DNA from: a virus
Virus record (IMG/VR): IMGVR_UViG_3300020446_001812
Location: 42,432 to 106,431 of that record
Direction: 5' to 3' (one strand)
DNA length: 64,000 nt
The position numbers and the translations under genes are program-made. Shown piece by piece: positions 9,544-19,198 of the stretch. Below the pieces are notes generated by a model. The model was not told the origin of the DNA, did no database searches, and saw nothing but the letters and a program-made list of their open reading frames with translations. How positions within the stretch are numbered: the stretch's first letter is position 1; each line of letters begins with the position of its first letter.

Positions 9544-10717
9544 TACACTTTGTCCTGCACCGTGGGAACACCATTGTGTTAACACTAATGGTCGTAATAG
9601 GCTATGTTGTAATGCTGTGACAAGTGCATCTAAGTTTTTAGATGGGTTCGAAGAATATTGGAATGGAGAAGAATTACAAAAAGTCAGACAACAAATGATT
9701 GCTGGAGAGCGTCCAGACGCTTGTATAAGTTGTTGGAACAAAGAAGATGCAGGCATAAAAAGTTTACGTCAAGGAATGATAGAAGGTTTAAAAAATAGAG
9801 AAGGAGAATGGGAAAAATTTACAAATGATTTAAATTATGTTCATAAATATCCATTATCTTTGGATTTGAAGTTAGGAAACTATTGTAATTTATCGTGTCG
9901 AATGTGTAGTAGTTATAGTAGCAGTACATATGCATTAGAATTTAAAAAAATCCTTAAGGAAACAGGAATAGACCTTGGTATAAATGATTATGAAAAGTAT
10001 AATGTACAATCTAAATGGTATAACGAACCTAAATTTGTAGATACAATTAAAAAAATGATAAATGATGGATTACGACATCTAAAATTTACAGGAGGCGAAC
10101 CATTAATGGTACCATCTGTAAAAAAATTATTAAATTATTGTATTGAACAGAATAAAGCAAAAAATATAGAACTTGTACTGATAACTAATGGCACACTACT
10201 AAATCAAGAGTGGATAGATATTTTTGCACATTTCAAAAATATTTCAATAATTTTTAGTATTGACGGCACTGAGGATACATTTGAATTTATAAGACATCCT
10301 GCCAAATGGATGGTTATAAAAGAAAAATTAAATTTATTAGATAAGATACAAGATGATAAATTTTTTATATGTATTTCCTTCACATATCAAATATATAATA
10401 TACTTCAAATTAGAAATATGATAGAATTAATTAGAGAGCATAAAATTAGCATAAGTCCTACAATTTTAGATACACCTAATTATTTAGATGTAAGTTATGC
10501 ACCTGATGCTTTGAAGAATGTTGCTATCACAATGATTGATAATATTAATCCATTAAATAATACGGAAAAGATATTTCTACGGGACTGCAAAAATGCATTA
10601 GGTAGAAATATTTTTGATAAAGATAAAAGTAAAAAAATGATAGAGGTTACATTGTTGAAAGACAAGTACAAAAATCAAAACTTTAGTGACACAGAGATAA
10701 GCAAATATTATGATTAA
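9536..10717 (+). CDS. Radical SAM protein with N-terminal Twitch-like domain
   Basis: 'CPAPW..NGRNRLCC...CISC', CNLSCRMC, 'FTGGEP', 'TNGT', 'SIDG'. Confidence 0.9.
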   Translation: MTNTLCPAPWEHHCVNTNGRNRLCCNAVTSASKFLDGFEEYWNGEELQKVRQQMIAGERPDACISCWNKEDAGIKSLRQGMIEGLKNREGEWEKFTNDLNYVHKYPLSLDLKLGNYCNLSCRMCSSYSSSTYALEFKKILKETGIDLGINDYEKYNVQSKWYNEPKFVDTIKKMINDGLRHLKFTGGEPLMVPSVKKLLNYCIEQNKAKNIELVLITNGTLLNQEWIDIFAHFKNISIIFSIDGTEDTFEFIRHPAKWMVIKEKLNLLDKIQDDKFFICISFTYQIYNILQIRNMIELIREHKISISPTILDTPNYLDVSYAPDALKNVAITMIDNINPLNNTEKIFLRDCKNALGRNIFDKDKSKKMIEVTLLKDKYKNQNFSDTEISKYYD

Positions 10718-11861
10718 ATGTTGGGCAACAGAAAATAGTGTGCAAATTGATCCACAAGGTTTTGTCAGGCCTTGCTGTAAGTTTGAAGGAAATTTTGGCA
10801 AATTTGAAAACTACGATAGCATAGATGCTATACTGAATGGTAAAGATTATACTTTACTTCGTAAACGGCATTCATTAGGAAATATGACAAAAGCATGCTG
10901 GAGATGTAAAGAAGCAGAAGATAGGGGTTATAGGAGTAGACGCCAGGCATATGAAACTAGATATAGCGAAAATGATTTTCAATTAGACATAAGTCCTGGA
11001 TTATATTGTAACCTGAAATGTAGAATGTGTGGCCCTATTAACAGCACAGGTTGGTTTAGTGATAACGATAAGTTATATGATTTAGGCATTCATGGCATGC
11101 ATAGTAGTAAATATAACGTTTATAACATGCCTCAGTATGATGTAGATAAGATAGTAAAGTTTATTGAATCCAACACAAAAAATATTGATATAGAGTTGAA
11201 AGGTGGAGAGCCTTTAATGTTGCCAGCAACAAAACATTTACTCCAGACATTATCAAAATGGGGAGATAGAATCCAAATTAATATGATTACAAATGGAACA
11301 TATACTCCCGATTGGCTGCCGAACATATTGGAAAAATTTAGAATGGTAACTATAGGTATTAGTGCTGACGGTGTAGGCGAAGTTTATAATTATATAAGAG
11401 GTGATGAAGTAAAAAATACGTGGAAAGTATTTCAAAAAAATATATCTTGGTATAAAAAATTAAAATGTAAGATAAGATTTAATTTTACTTTGCAGAATAC
11501 AAATATCCATCATTTATATAAATTTGCAAATGAAGTAGGAGCAGAGAATGTACATGTTATAAATTTAGTAAATCCTAAATTTAATTCAATTAAAATTATT
11601 CCTAAACAAGCACGTGCCTATATATTAGATCAAGTAGAACCTTGGATAGATATCTTAGGTAAACATCACCTTTATTATCAAAAAAAAGATGCACTTATTA
11701 TTAAAAAAGAATTACTTAGAGACGAAGAAGTAGATTTAAAATTATATAATGAATATATTACTTACAACGCCCATTTAGATAAATTGAGATCACAAAATTT
11801 ATTAGAAGTTGTTCCGCATTTAATTACAACAGAAGGTAGAAAATTGTATGAGTCAATCTAA
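10710..11861 (+). CDS. Radical SAM protein with N-terminal Twitch-like domain
   Basis: 'KC..QGFVRPCC...CWRC', CNLKCRMC, 'GGEP', 'TNGT', 'SADG'. Confidence 0.9.
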   Translation: MIKCWATENSVQIDPQGFVRPCCKFEGNFGKFENYDSIDAILNGKDYTLLRKRHSLGNMTKACWRCKEAEDRGYRSRRQAYETRYSENDFQLDISPGLYCNLKCRMCGPINSTGWFSDNDKLYDLGIHGMHSSKYNVYNMPQYDVDKIVKFIESNTKNIDIELKGGEPLMLPATKHLLQTLSKWGDRIQINMITNGTYTPDWLPNILEKFRMVTIGISADGVGEVYNYIRGDEVKNTWKVFQKNISWYKKLKCKIRFNFTLQNTNIHHLYKFANEVGAENVHVINLVNPKFNSIKIIPKQARAYILDQVEPWIDILGKHHLYYQKKDALIIKKELLRDEEVDLKLYNEYITYNAHLDKLRSQNLLEVVPHLITTEGRKLYESI

Positions 11862-13005
11862 AACTTTTTGTATATTACCATGGATGCATCTTGCTACAAA
11901 TGCAAGCGGAAATCTGCGTGTTTGTTGTAATAGCACACCTGGCGAAAATTTTATTATGAACAACGATAAACCTTTCAAGATTCAAAAAGATGATTTAGAA
12001 GTTGCTTGGAATAGTCCTACATATAAAAAAATTAGATCTGAGTTGTTAAATGATATACGACCTAAAATGTGTACAAGATGTTTTAGGGAAGAAGATTCAG
12101 GTATTAAAAGTGCTAGACAAGGATGGAATGAAAAATGGAAAGAGGATATTGAATATATTATTAATGCACCTTTTAATATTAAGTATGTAGACATACGCTT
12201 AGGAAATTTGTGTAATTTGAAATGTAGAATGTGTAATCCTTACGCAAGTAATCAATGGGTAAAAGAATGGAACTTAATAGAAGACGCTTTAAGTCCGTCG
12301 GAATATAATAGATTAAAAAGTATGGACTGGCCTGAGAACAAAAAAACATGGCAAAATTTGTTTAGTCTTGCAAATACAGTAGAAGAAATATATTTGACAG
12401 GCGGCGAGCCTACTATAATAAAAGAGCAACATAAATTATTAGATTACTTAATAAAAAATGGACAAAGTAAAAATATTAAATTAAAATATAACACAAATCT
12501 TACTAATGTTCCTAAACACTTGCTAGATAAATGGTTGAAGTTTAAAAGAGTGCAATTAAATTGCAGTATAGATGCCACAGGTGAACTAGATAGATATATT
12601 AGATATCCTAGTAATTGGAATAAAATTGTTGAAAATTTTGAAACAGTAAGGAAGTTACCTAATGTTGGAATAGAAATACATTGTACAGTACAGATGTACA
12701 ACATACTTAGACTGCAAAATTTAATTGAATGGGCAACTCCATATAATCATAAAATTTATTTCAACATATTAAATCATCCTGAGTATTTGAATATTAGATG
12801 CTTACCTCAGGATTTAAAGGCACAAGTTCAAAGTACATTAAATAATTATATAGAATTACCTAAAGTAAAAGGAATAATAAATTATATGTTTGCAGAAGAT
12901 TGGAGCAATAAATTACCAAAATTTAAGCAATATACTGAGGAGTTAGATAAAAGCAGGAACGAAGATGTATATAAATTACTTCCAGAATTAAAGGAGATAT
13001 TATGA
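11848..13005 (+). CDS. Radical SAM protein with N-terminal Twitch-like domain
   Basis: 'FCILPW..GNLRVCC...CTRC', CNLKCRMC, 'TGGEP', 'NTN', 'YIRYP'. Confidence 0.9.
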   Translation: MSQSKTFCILPWMHLATNASGNLRVCCNSTPGENFIMNNDKPFKIQKDDLEVAWNSPTYKKIRSELLNDIRPKMCTRCFREEDSGIKSARQGWNEKWKEDIEYIINAPFNIKYVDIRLGNLCNLKCRMCNPYASNQWVKEWNLIEDALSPSEYNRLKSMDWPENKKTWQNLFSLANTVEEIYLTGGEPTIIKEQHKLLDYLIKNGQSKNIKLKYNTNLTNVPKHLLDKWLKFKRVQLNCSIDATGELDRYIRYPSNWNKIVENFETVRKLPNVGIEIHCTVQMYNILRLQNLIEWATPYNHKIYFNILNHPEYLNIRCLPQDLKAQVQSTLNNYIELPKVKGIINYMFAEDWSNKLPKFKQYTEELDKSRNEDVYKLLPELKEIL

Positions 13006-13733
13006 CAGATAAAAAAGTACCATTAGCCCAAAGACATGCACAAGCAAATTATTGGTTTAATTTCAAAAGAGATCCTTCATCTGTTGAACCTAGTGCAGAA
13101 GATATTAAATGTGAATTACAACTACAAGCATTAAGTGATTTTGAGAGATTAAAATTTGATATAGATTATGACCAGTTTAGAAAACAAATGAAACCCTATG
13201 AGGATTCGTGGGTACCTTATTTACAGCGTGAAGGTTTGAGTAATCCAAGACAAGGATTATGCTTATTTGGATTACCTGGTGATTCTTGTAGTGATAGTTT
13301 AAGTTTGCCTGAGGCTAGAATAAGAACAGGAAATAAACAATTACATGAATTAGACTTTAATACACCCACGCAACTATATAAAGATTTGACTTGCTTACAC
13401 GAGTTAGTAGGATATTGGAATCCAATAGGTCGAAGTATGCTTGTAAAAACTAACGAAGGTGGATATTTCCCTCCACATAAAGATCATCCTTTACTTAACA
13501 GAACATGTTTTAGAGTAATTGCATTTATTGGACATCACGTTGATCACGAAGCATATGAATGGGAAATGAATGGCAGGGTTTGGAGAATCAAACAGAATGC
13601 ATCTTATTATGTAGATACAAGGAAAACACACAGGACACATAGTTGGCAAAATGATAGTATACATTTAATTATGAATGTGCCTAAAACATGGGAAAACGTA
13701 ATGAAATTAATGGCAGTGACCAAAAATTTCTAG
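13002..13733 (+). CDS. 2OG-Fe(II) oxygenase, Asp/Asn beta-hydroxylase-like
   Basis: 'GGYFPPHKD' HxD, 'DTRKTH' distal His, 'IHLIMN'. Confidence 0.65.
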   Translation: MTDKKVPLAQRHAQANYWFNFKRDPSSVEPSAEDIKCELQLQALSDFERLKFDIDYDQFRKQMKPYEDSWVPYLQREGLSNPRQGLCLFGLPGDSCSDSLSLPEARIRTGNKQLHELDFNTPTQLYKDLTCLHELVGYWNPIGRSMLVKTNEGGYFPPHKDHPLLNRTCFRVIAFIGHHVDHEAYEWEMNGRVWRIKQNASYYVDTRKTHRTHSWQNDSIHLIMNVPKTWENVMKLMAVTKNF

Positions 13734-13735
13734 CG

Positions 13736-13764
13736 TTGACAAAAAAAGTGTTGTGTGTTATAAT
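13736..13764 (+). promoter_or_regulatory. Consensus sigma70 promoter, probably producing a leaderless mRNA
   Basis: TTGACA (13736-13741), 17 bp spacer, TATAAT (13759-13764); ATG at 13770 with no SD. Confidence 0.85.
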
Positions 13765-13769
13765 TATAT

Positions 13770-14897
13770 ATGAATGAAGATTTAAAATGGAGTAACTATG
13801 ACTTTACCAAAATCCCGTTTGAGGACATTGTTAGTGTCGGCCAGCGGACACTCTTATATAGAGACCTGTTTACTGTTAGCTGGCTCCTCGGAAGATTCTG
13901 TAACTACAGATGTAGCTACTGCTGGCCCTACGCAAGAAGCGACAGAAAAGATCATAGACCAACAGAACTCTGTCTTAAAACAATAGATAGTATAAAGGAG
14001 CAAGCACGTGGAAATGGCTTTAATAGTTTTCATTTTTCTCTTAGCGGCGGCGAGCCTACCTTTCACCCTGGATACTTGGACATACTCAACTATCTCGCTG
14101 ATGATGTTAGCAACACTAATTACACTAGTGTTCATATGACTTCTAATTGTTCAAGACCTATGAAATGGTTTGAACAATATGTAGAAGTTGCTAAACCTTT
14201 TCACAGGGCTAGTATTACAGCAAGTCTGCATACAGAGCATGTAAATACAAAAGATAAGATGCAAGACTTTGCAGACAAACTTATTTTTTGTCAAGAGCAT
14301 GATATACAAATTACAATTAATCAAGTTATGGTTCCGGAATGGTTTGAAAGAGATTGGGAAAACGCCCTTTTCTTTCACGAACAAGGAATCAACGTTACTC
14401 TTAAGCCGCAATCAGATCCTACTGCAAGTCGTGTTGTCGATGGTTATAAAAAAGAAGATTTAGAAAAATTATGGAATGGCATGCCTCAACGTGCATATAC
14501 TGAAAGTAAACGTAAATGGGCAGAAAGACCTAAAGCAAAATGGTTAAGTTGGAAAGATTTCAACACTGAAGAATCTGTACCGCCACATTTTCAAGTTGAA
14601 TTTGAAGATAGCAAAGGCAAAAAATGGTATATGGATCAGGCAGAAAGATTTAATGCTTTTAATTTTAACAAGTTCAAGGGCTGGAGATGTAATGCAGGAT
14701 TCAGCGGAATAATTATAAGAGAACCTGACGGTAGTATTAAAAGAAGCTATTCTTGTCATGATGATCCTTTAGGAAACATTGAAACAGGATTTAAACTTTT
14801 TAATGCGCCTCAAACCTGCATAACAGATAGTTGTGTTAGTTCGGCTGACAGTAAAATACCAAAAAGGAAAACTAATGCGTCAACAACAGCAGATTAA
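13770..14897 (+). CDS. Radical SAM protein with C-terminal Cys (SPASM/Twitch-like) domain
   Basis: CNYRCSYC, 'SGGEPT', 'TSN', 'SLH'; C-terminal 'CNAG..DGSIKRSYSC...CITDSC'. Confidence 0.9.
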   Translation: MNEDLKWSNYDFTKIPFEDIVSVGQRTLLYRDLFTVSWLLGRFCNYRCSYCWPYARSDRKDHRPTELCLKTIDSIKEQARGNGFNSFHFSLSGGEPTFHPGYLDILNYLADDVSNTNYTSVHMTSNCSRPMKWFEQYVEVAKPFHRASITASLHTEHVNTKDKMQDFADKLIFCQEHDIQITINQVMVPEWFERDWENALFFHEQGINVTLKPQSDPTASRVVDGYKKEDLEKLWNGMPQRAYTESKRKWAERPKAKWLSWKDFNTEESVPPHFQVEFEDSKGKKWYMDQAERFNAFNFNKFKGWRCNAGFSGIIIREPDGSIKRSYSCHDDPLGNIETGFKLFNAPQTCITDSCVSSADSKIPKRKTNASTTAD

Positions 14898-15570
14898 CAA
14901 AATAAAACAAACTCATAGTGACCCTACACAGTTTGTAAATATTCTTTCTGAAGATAAGATAAATTTTTTAATTGAACATTATGAACAATCGGATAAAAAA
15001 ATAGAAAAAAATACAGGACCGATTATGCTTACTGTAAACGAAGGTGATGGCATAATAGATGATATATTAAAATTACTTAGACAAATGTATGGAAATTTTA
15101 ATGTGCGTTCTGCCCATTTTTTTGATGTGAAAGATCCGCATATCATACATGTAGATGATGGCAAGGAGTTACCAGATAGTTTTAAAGCATTTACAATTCC
15201 TTTACGAGTAATTGGCAATGATGCAAGTAAGGCTAAATTAATTATGTTTGACCAATATTACTATGGCGGTGCAGCCAAGTTTATGAAAAATGGTCCTGCA
15301 GTCAAAAAAACTTTTTATAATACGCATTTGTACATTTATGACGATGTGCAAGGGTTGAATGACAAAGGTATTCCCGAAGAATATAAAGGCATGTTAAGTC
15401 ATCTCAAAGAATCTTGGTATGATGGCTTGAGTATTAAAAGTTATTTTCCATGGACTATCGGATCTATAATTTGTTTTGATAGTTTAAGATTACATTGTGC
15501 AAGTAATTTTAAGACAGAAAATATAGAAAGGAAACTAGGCCTAAGTATTTTTACCACTCAGCCTAATTAA
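14875..15570 (+). CDS. Putative 2OG-Fe(II) oxygenase-fold protein
   Basis: 'IHVDD', 'FTIPL', 'FDQ', 'FDSLRLHC', 'KLGLSIFT'. Confidence 0.55.
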   Translation: MRQQQQINKIKQTHSDPTQFVNILSEDKINFLIEHYEQSDKKIEKNTGPIMLTVNEGDGIIDDILKLLRQMYGNFNVRSAHFFDVKDPHIIHVDDGKELPDSFKAFTIPLRVIGNDASKAKLIMFDQYYYGGAAKFMKNGPAVKKTFYNTHLYIYDDVQGLNDKGIPEEYKGMLSHLKESWYDGLSIKSYFPWTIGSIICFDSLRLHCASNFKTENIERKLGLSIFTTQPN

Positions 15571-15572
15571 TT

Positions 15573-16040
15573 ATGGAATTAGTAATTAGTGAATTACATT
15601 TGAAAAAGCCACCTTGGACTTTGAGAAATAAATTAATTGCAGAACATTTAGAACCAAATAAATCTGTAATTGATATAGGAGGTGGAGCCGGAGATATTTT
15701 GAAATATTACAAGCCTAGTAAATATTGTAATATTGATGGGATGCCAGTTGATAATGTTGATATTATTTTAGATTTAGATTCAGATTATCATTTGGAATTA
15801 GAGGAAGGTTGGGATTATTCTATCAACAGTGGCATCTTAGAATGGGTAAAAAGGGTAGACTATTTCTTAGACAAACAAAAAAATTTAGCAAACAATTATA
15901 TTTTTACATGGCATCACGATCCATTATGGGGAAGGATGAGTTTTAGTCGAATAGAAAGTATAATTAATGAAAATTATATTATAAATGATACCATACCTTG
16001 GGGCGGTAAGCAAAAAATATATAAATGTAAAGCAAAATGA
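15573..16040 (+). CDS. Class I SAM-dependent methyltransferase
   Basis: 'SVIDIGGGAG' motif I; 'SGILEW'. Confidence 0.75.
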   Translation: MELVISELHLKKPPWTLRNKLIAEHLEPNKSVIDIGGGAGDILKYYKPSKYCNIDGMPVDNVDIILDLDSDYHLELEEGWDYSINSGILEWVKRVDYFLDKQKNLANNYIFTWHHDPLWGRMSFSRIESIINENYIINDTIPWGGKQKIYKCKAK

Positions 16041-17059
16041 AGAAATGTGTCTATCCTAATAATATTTTAATTGTAGGTAACGATGGTTACACTGATTCCT
16101 GTCCATTAGAAACTGCTAATTTACGTTTAGAAAATATTAATCAAGGAATACAAAAATCCTGGCAAAGTCCAAAGTATGCTGATTTTAGAAATAATTTAGA
16201 AGAGTATCTTAATAATAAAGATAAAATATGTTGGCAGTGCAACATGCTAGAAAAAAATGGTGGTATTAGTTTAAGAACAGAAACACCATTAATCACAGAT
16301 TCTCCAGAACTGAAGGCTATCCAGTTTAAGTTAAGTAATCGTTGTCAACTTGTTTGTGCTCATTGCGGACCTAATTTAAGTAGTAGTTGGGGTAAATTTG
16401 TTGGCCAAAAAAATTATATTAAGCAGTTTGAAATCAAGGATCATGTATTAGATGAACTTAAAACATTAGTCCCACAAATGAACTTTATAAGATTTACAGG
16501 TGGAGAACCATGGATGGATCCAATGCATTGGAAAATACTTAAATCCTTAAAAGGTATAGATAAAAAAGACTGTGAATTACATTATATAACCAACGGACTA
16601 TCAACTATAAGACCTGAACTATGGGAGGGTTGGAAGAAAATACAAATTATGTTAAGCGTTGATGGGTTTGGTGAAAGCTATGAATGGTTCAGAAGACAGG
16701 CATTGTGGAAAGATCTTTTACAAGCATATGAAAATTTATCTAAGCATCCAAATGTTAAATTAAAAATTAATTTTTCACTTACACCATGGACAGTAGATAG
16801 TCTAGCATCTGCGAAAGAATATTTTCAAAATCCATTTTTAGTTGTTCCGATTATGTCACCTTGGCATTGTAGTTTAGGAAGTTTGACCGAAGACGAATAT
16901 AATAATTTGGGCTTGACAAAGTACGTAGAATATAGTAAAATAATAGGAAGTAATCCAAAAGGTGCAAAATATTTAAAGACCTGGGCGTTAAGTTGGGACA
17001 ATAGATGGAATACACCAGGATTAGCAGAAAAGGTACATCCATGGTTGAACAAAATATAA
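16037..17059 (+). CDS. Radical SAM protein with N-terminal Twitch-like domain
   Basis: 'KCVYP..DGYTDSC...CWQC', CQLVCAHC, 'FTGGEP', 'TNG', 'SVDG'. Confidence 0.88.
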   Translation: MKKCVYPNNILIVGNDGYTDSCPLETANLRLENINQGIQKSWQSPKYADFRNNLEEYLNNKDKICWQCNMLEKNGGISLRTETPLITDSPELKAIQFKLSNRCQLVCAHCGPNLSSSWGKFVGQKNYIKQFEIKDHVLDELKTLVPQMNFIRFTGGEPWMDPMHWKILKSLKGIDKKDCELHYITNGLSTIRPELWEGWKKIQIMLSVDGFGESYEWFRRQALWKDLLQAYENLSKHPNVKLKINFSLTPWTVDSLASAKEYFQNPFLVVPIMSPWHCSLGSLTEDEYNNLGLTKYVEYSKIIGSNPKGAKYLKTWALSWDNRWNTPGLAEKVHPWLNKI

Positions 17060-17661
17060 CAACAGCTATAGTAAACAAAAAAACACAATCTAAAGAAATT
17101 CTTGATTTTTGCGGATATGCAAGTACATTTACTAATGATCCTGCACATGTAAATATGTACCATAAAAATTGGGCAGACAGACCAGAAACGTTGCCATACT
17201 TAATTTATATAAGTGAACGATTTAGAAATAATAACGGCGACTTTTATGTTTTAAAAATTAATAATGTAATTAAGGCAATATCGGGCGTACAAATTAGTCC
17301 ATTTGATACTAATGTAGCAATGGCAGGCATAAGGAGTTGGATAGATCCTAGTCTACGAGCTAAAATGTATATAGGACACCACCTTTTACCTTTACATTTA
17401 TCTTGGGCAAAAGAAAAGGATTTAAAAACTATTTTGTTATCTTTTAATAGTTATAACAAACGGTTGATGAATTATTTTAAAAGATCAGGTATGGGAGTGC
17501 CTAAACAGCGTAATGAAACAAGATTATTTAATAACGGTGTACATGAAGTTCCGTTTAGTGTAGATATACAATATACAGAGCAATGGGTGTTGTACCACAA
17601 AATAGACGAGTCTTACGAACCTGATTGGAAAAAAATAATGTGGAATAAAAATAGTCGATAA
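17041..17661 (+). CDS. Putative GNAT-fold acyltransferase
   Basis: 'GIRSWIDPSLRAKMYIG', 'WAKEKDLKTILLSFNSYN' GNAT-like motif A/B arrangement. Confidence 0.5.
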   Translation: MVEQNITTAIVNKKTQSKEILDFCGYASTFTNDPAHVNMYHKNWADRPETLPYLIYISERFRNNNGDFYVLKINNVIKAISGVQISPFDTNVAMAGIRSWIDPSLRAKMYIGHHLLPLHLSWAKEKDLKTILLSFNSYNKRLMNYFKRSGMGVPKQRNETRLFNNGVHEVPFSVDIQYTEQWVLYHKIDESYEPDWKKIMWNKNSR

Positions 17662-17664
17662 ATA
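17658..17664 (+). promoter_or_regulatory. T4-late-like promoter box ATAAATA
   Basis: ATAAATA lies 5 nt before the ATG at 17670; the same box recurs before many genes. Confidence 0.55.
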
Positions 17665-17669
17665 GCTAT

Positions 17670-18428
17670 ATGCAAGATATTATAAAATCAAACACCAACA
17701 CTTTATCTTATATACAATACATTGCATTGTTCATTGTTGTTGTAGGGTTTGTCTATGTGGATTTTACCTGGCAATTCATTGCATTATCGATATTAAGTTT
17801 TTATATATTTTCTATACTTGGTTTGAGTTTGACGTTGCATAGATATTATAGTCATAAGAATTTTGAATTCAAGAACAATATTTTGCGTAAATTATTTACA
17901 TATATTGCTATATTAGCAGGTAGGGGTAGTCCGTTAGGATGGGTCTACATACATAGAATACATCATAGGCATGCTGATACAGAATCAGACCCGCATGGAC
18001 CTAAGACTACTGGTTTAAGATTTTTTGGATTCAAACCTAAAGATACAGAAAATAAAATGAAGGTTTTTTTAGTAAAAGATTTACTTAATAAAGAACAATT
18101 ATTTTATCATAATTATTATTTGTTGTTTATTTTAGGATTTATGGCTATTCTTGGTATAATAAATTTTGATTTTTTATATTTTGGTTACGCTATTCCGTTA
18201 CTTGGTATACAATTTAGTCAAAACTTTTTTAACTTTTTTGCACACAAATTAGGGTATAGAAATCATAATACTAAAGATGATAGTACTAATAATATTTTAC
18301 TATGGCCTCTTATTTGGGGAGATGCATGGCACAATAATCATCACAACAATTTAGCTAAATTTACTACAAAAGAAAAATGGTGGGAATTAGATCCTGTTGT
18401 GAGTATAGCAGGAGTAATTAAAAAATGA
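17670..18428 (+). CDS. Membrane fatty acid (delta-9-like) desaturase
   Basis: His boxes HRYYSH, HRIHH, HNNHH; TM segments; 'WWELD'. Confidence 0.9.
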   Translation: MQDIIKSNTNTLSYIQYIALFIVVVGFVYVDFTWQFIALSILSFYIFSILGLSLTLHRYYSHKNFEFKNNILRKLFTYIAILAGRGSPLGWVYIHRIHHRHADTESDPHGPKTTGLRFFGFKPKDTENKMKVFLVKDLLNKEQLFYHNYYLLFILGFMAILGIINFDFLYFGYAIPLLGIQFSQNFFNFFAHKLGYRNHNTKDDSTNNILLWPLIWGDAWHNNHHNNLAKFTTKEKWWELDPVVSIAGVIKK

Positions 18429-19195
18429 ATTATTTAAAAAGTAATACAATAGTTGCACAAATAGTTCTTGCTATATCATTAGCTGGAACAATTTTTGGTT
18501 ATTACAGTTACGGCATTACATTAGGAACCGTATTACTGCCTATATTAGGATACTTTTTATATGTAGGTTTAGGAATAAGTGTTACCTTTCACAGACAACT
18601 TACGCATAGATCATACAAAACACATCCTTGGATTATAAAATTAGGAACAATTCTTGGAACATTAAGCAACACAGGAAGTAGCATTGTGTGGGTAGCAATA
18701 CATATGAATCATCATAGACACGCAGATACTGAAAAAGACCCTCATAGTCCAAGACATCAAGGATTAAAAACTTTTGCATTAGAGTATGATTTAGACACAA
18801 GCCGAGTGAAATGGAAAATGAAACATCTAATAGGAGATCCATTTCATATGTTTCTACACAAATATTATTTTGCAGTAATTGCTCTATGGAGTTTAATTCT
18901 ATATATTATTGGCGGATTTTATCTAATGGTATTTCTACATTGGTTTCCAATGATAATAAGCGGAGCAATGAGTAATATTGTAAACTATATAGGGCATAAA
19001 CCTAATTGGTGGGGTGGCTATCGTAGATATAATACACGAGATGATAGTATAAACAACTGGCTATGGGCGATTCCAAGCTGGGGAGAAACATTACACAACA
19101 ATCATCATAAAAGACCTTATTCATACAGCCATGGTGAAAAGTGGTGGGAAATTGATATTGGGGCATATATTGTTAAGCTAATAAAGGCTAGATAA
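18425..19195 (+). CDS. Membrane fatty acid (delta-9-like) desaturase, second copy
   Basis: His boxes HRQLTH, HMNHH, HNNHH; 'DPHSP'; 'WWEID'. Confidence 0.9.
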   Translation: MNYLKSNTIVAQIVLAISLAGTIFGYYSYGITLGTVLLPILGYFLYVGLGISVTFHRQLTHRSYKTHPWIIKLGTILGTLSNTGSSIVWVAIHMNHHRHADTEKDPHSPRHQGLKTFALEYDLDTSRVKWKMKHLIGDPFHMFLHKYYFAVIALWSLILYIIGGFYLMVFLHWFPMIISGAMSNIVNYIGHKPNWWGGYRRYNTRDDSINNWLWAIPSWGETLHNNHHKRPYSYSHGEKWWEIDIGAYIVKLIKAR

Positions 19196-19198
19196 TAT

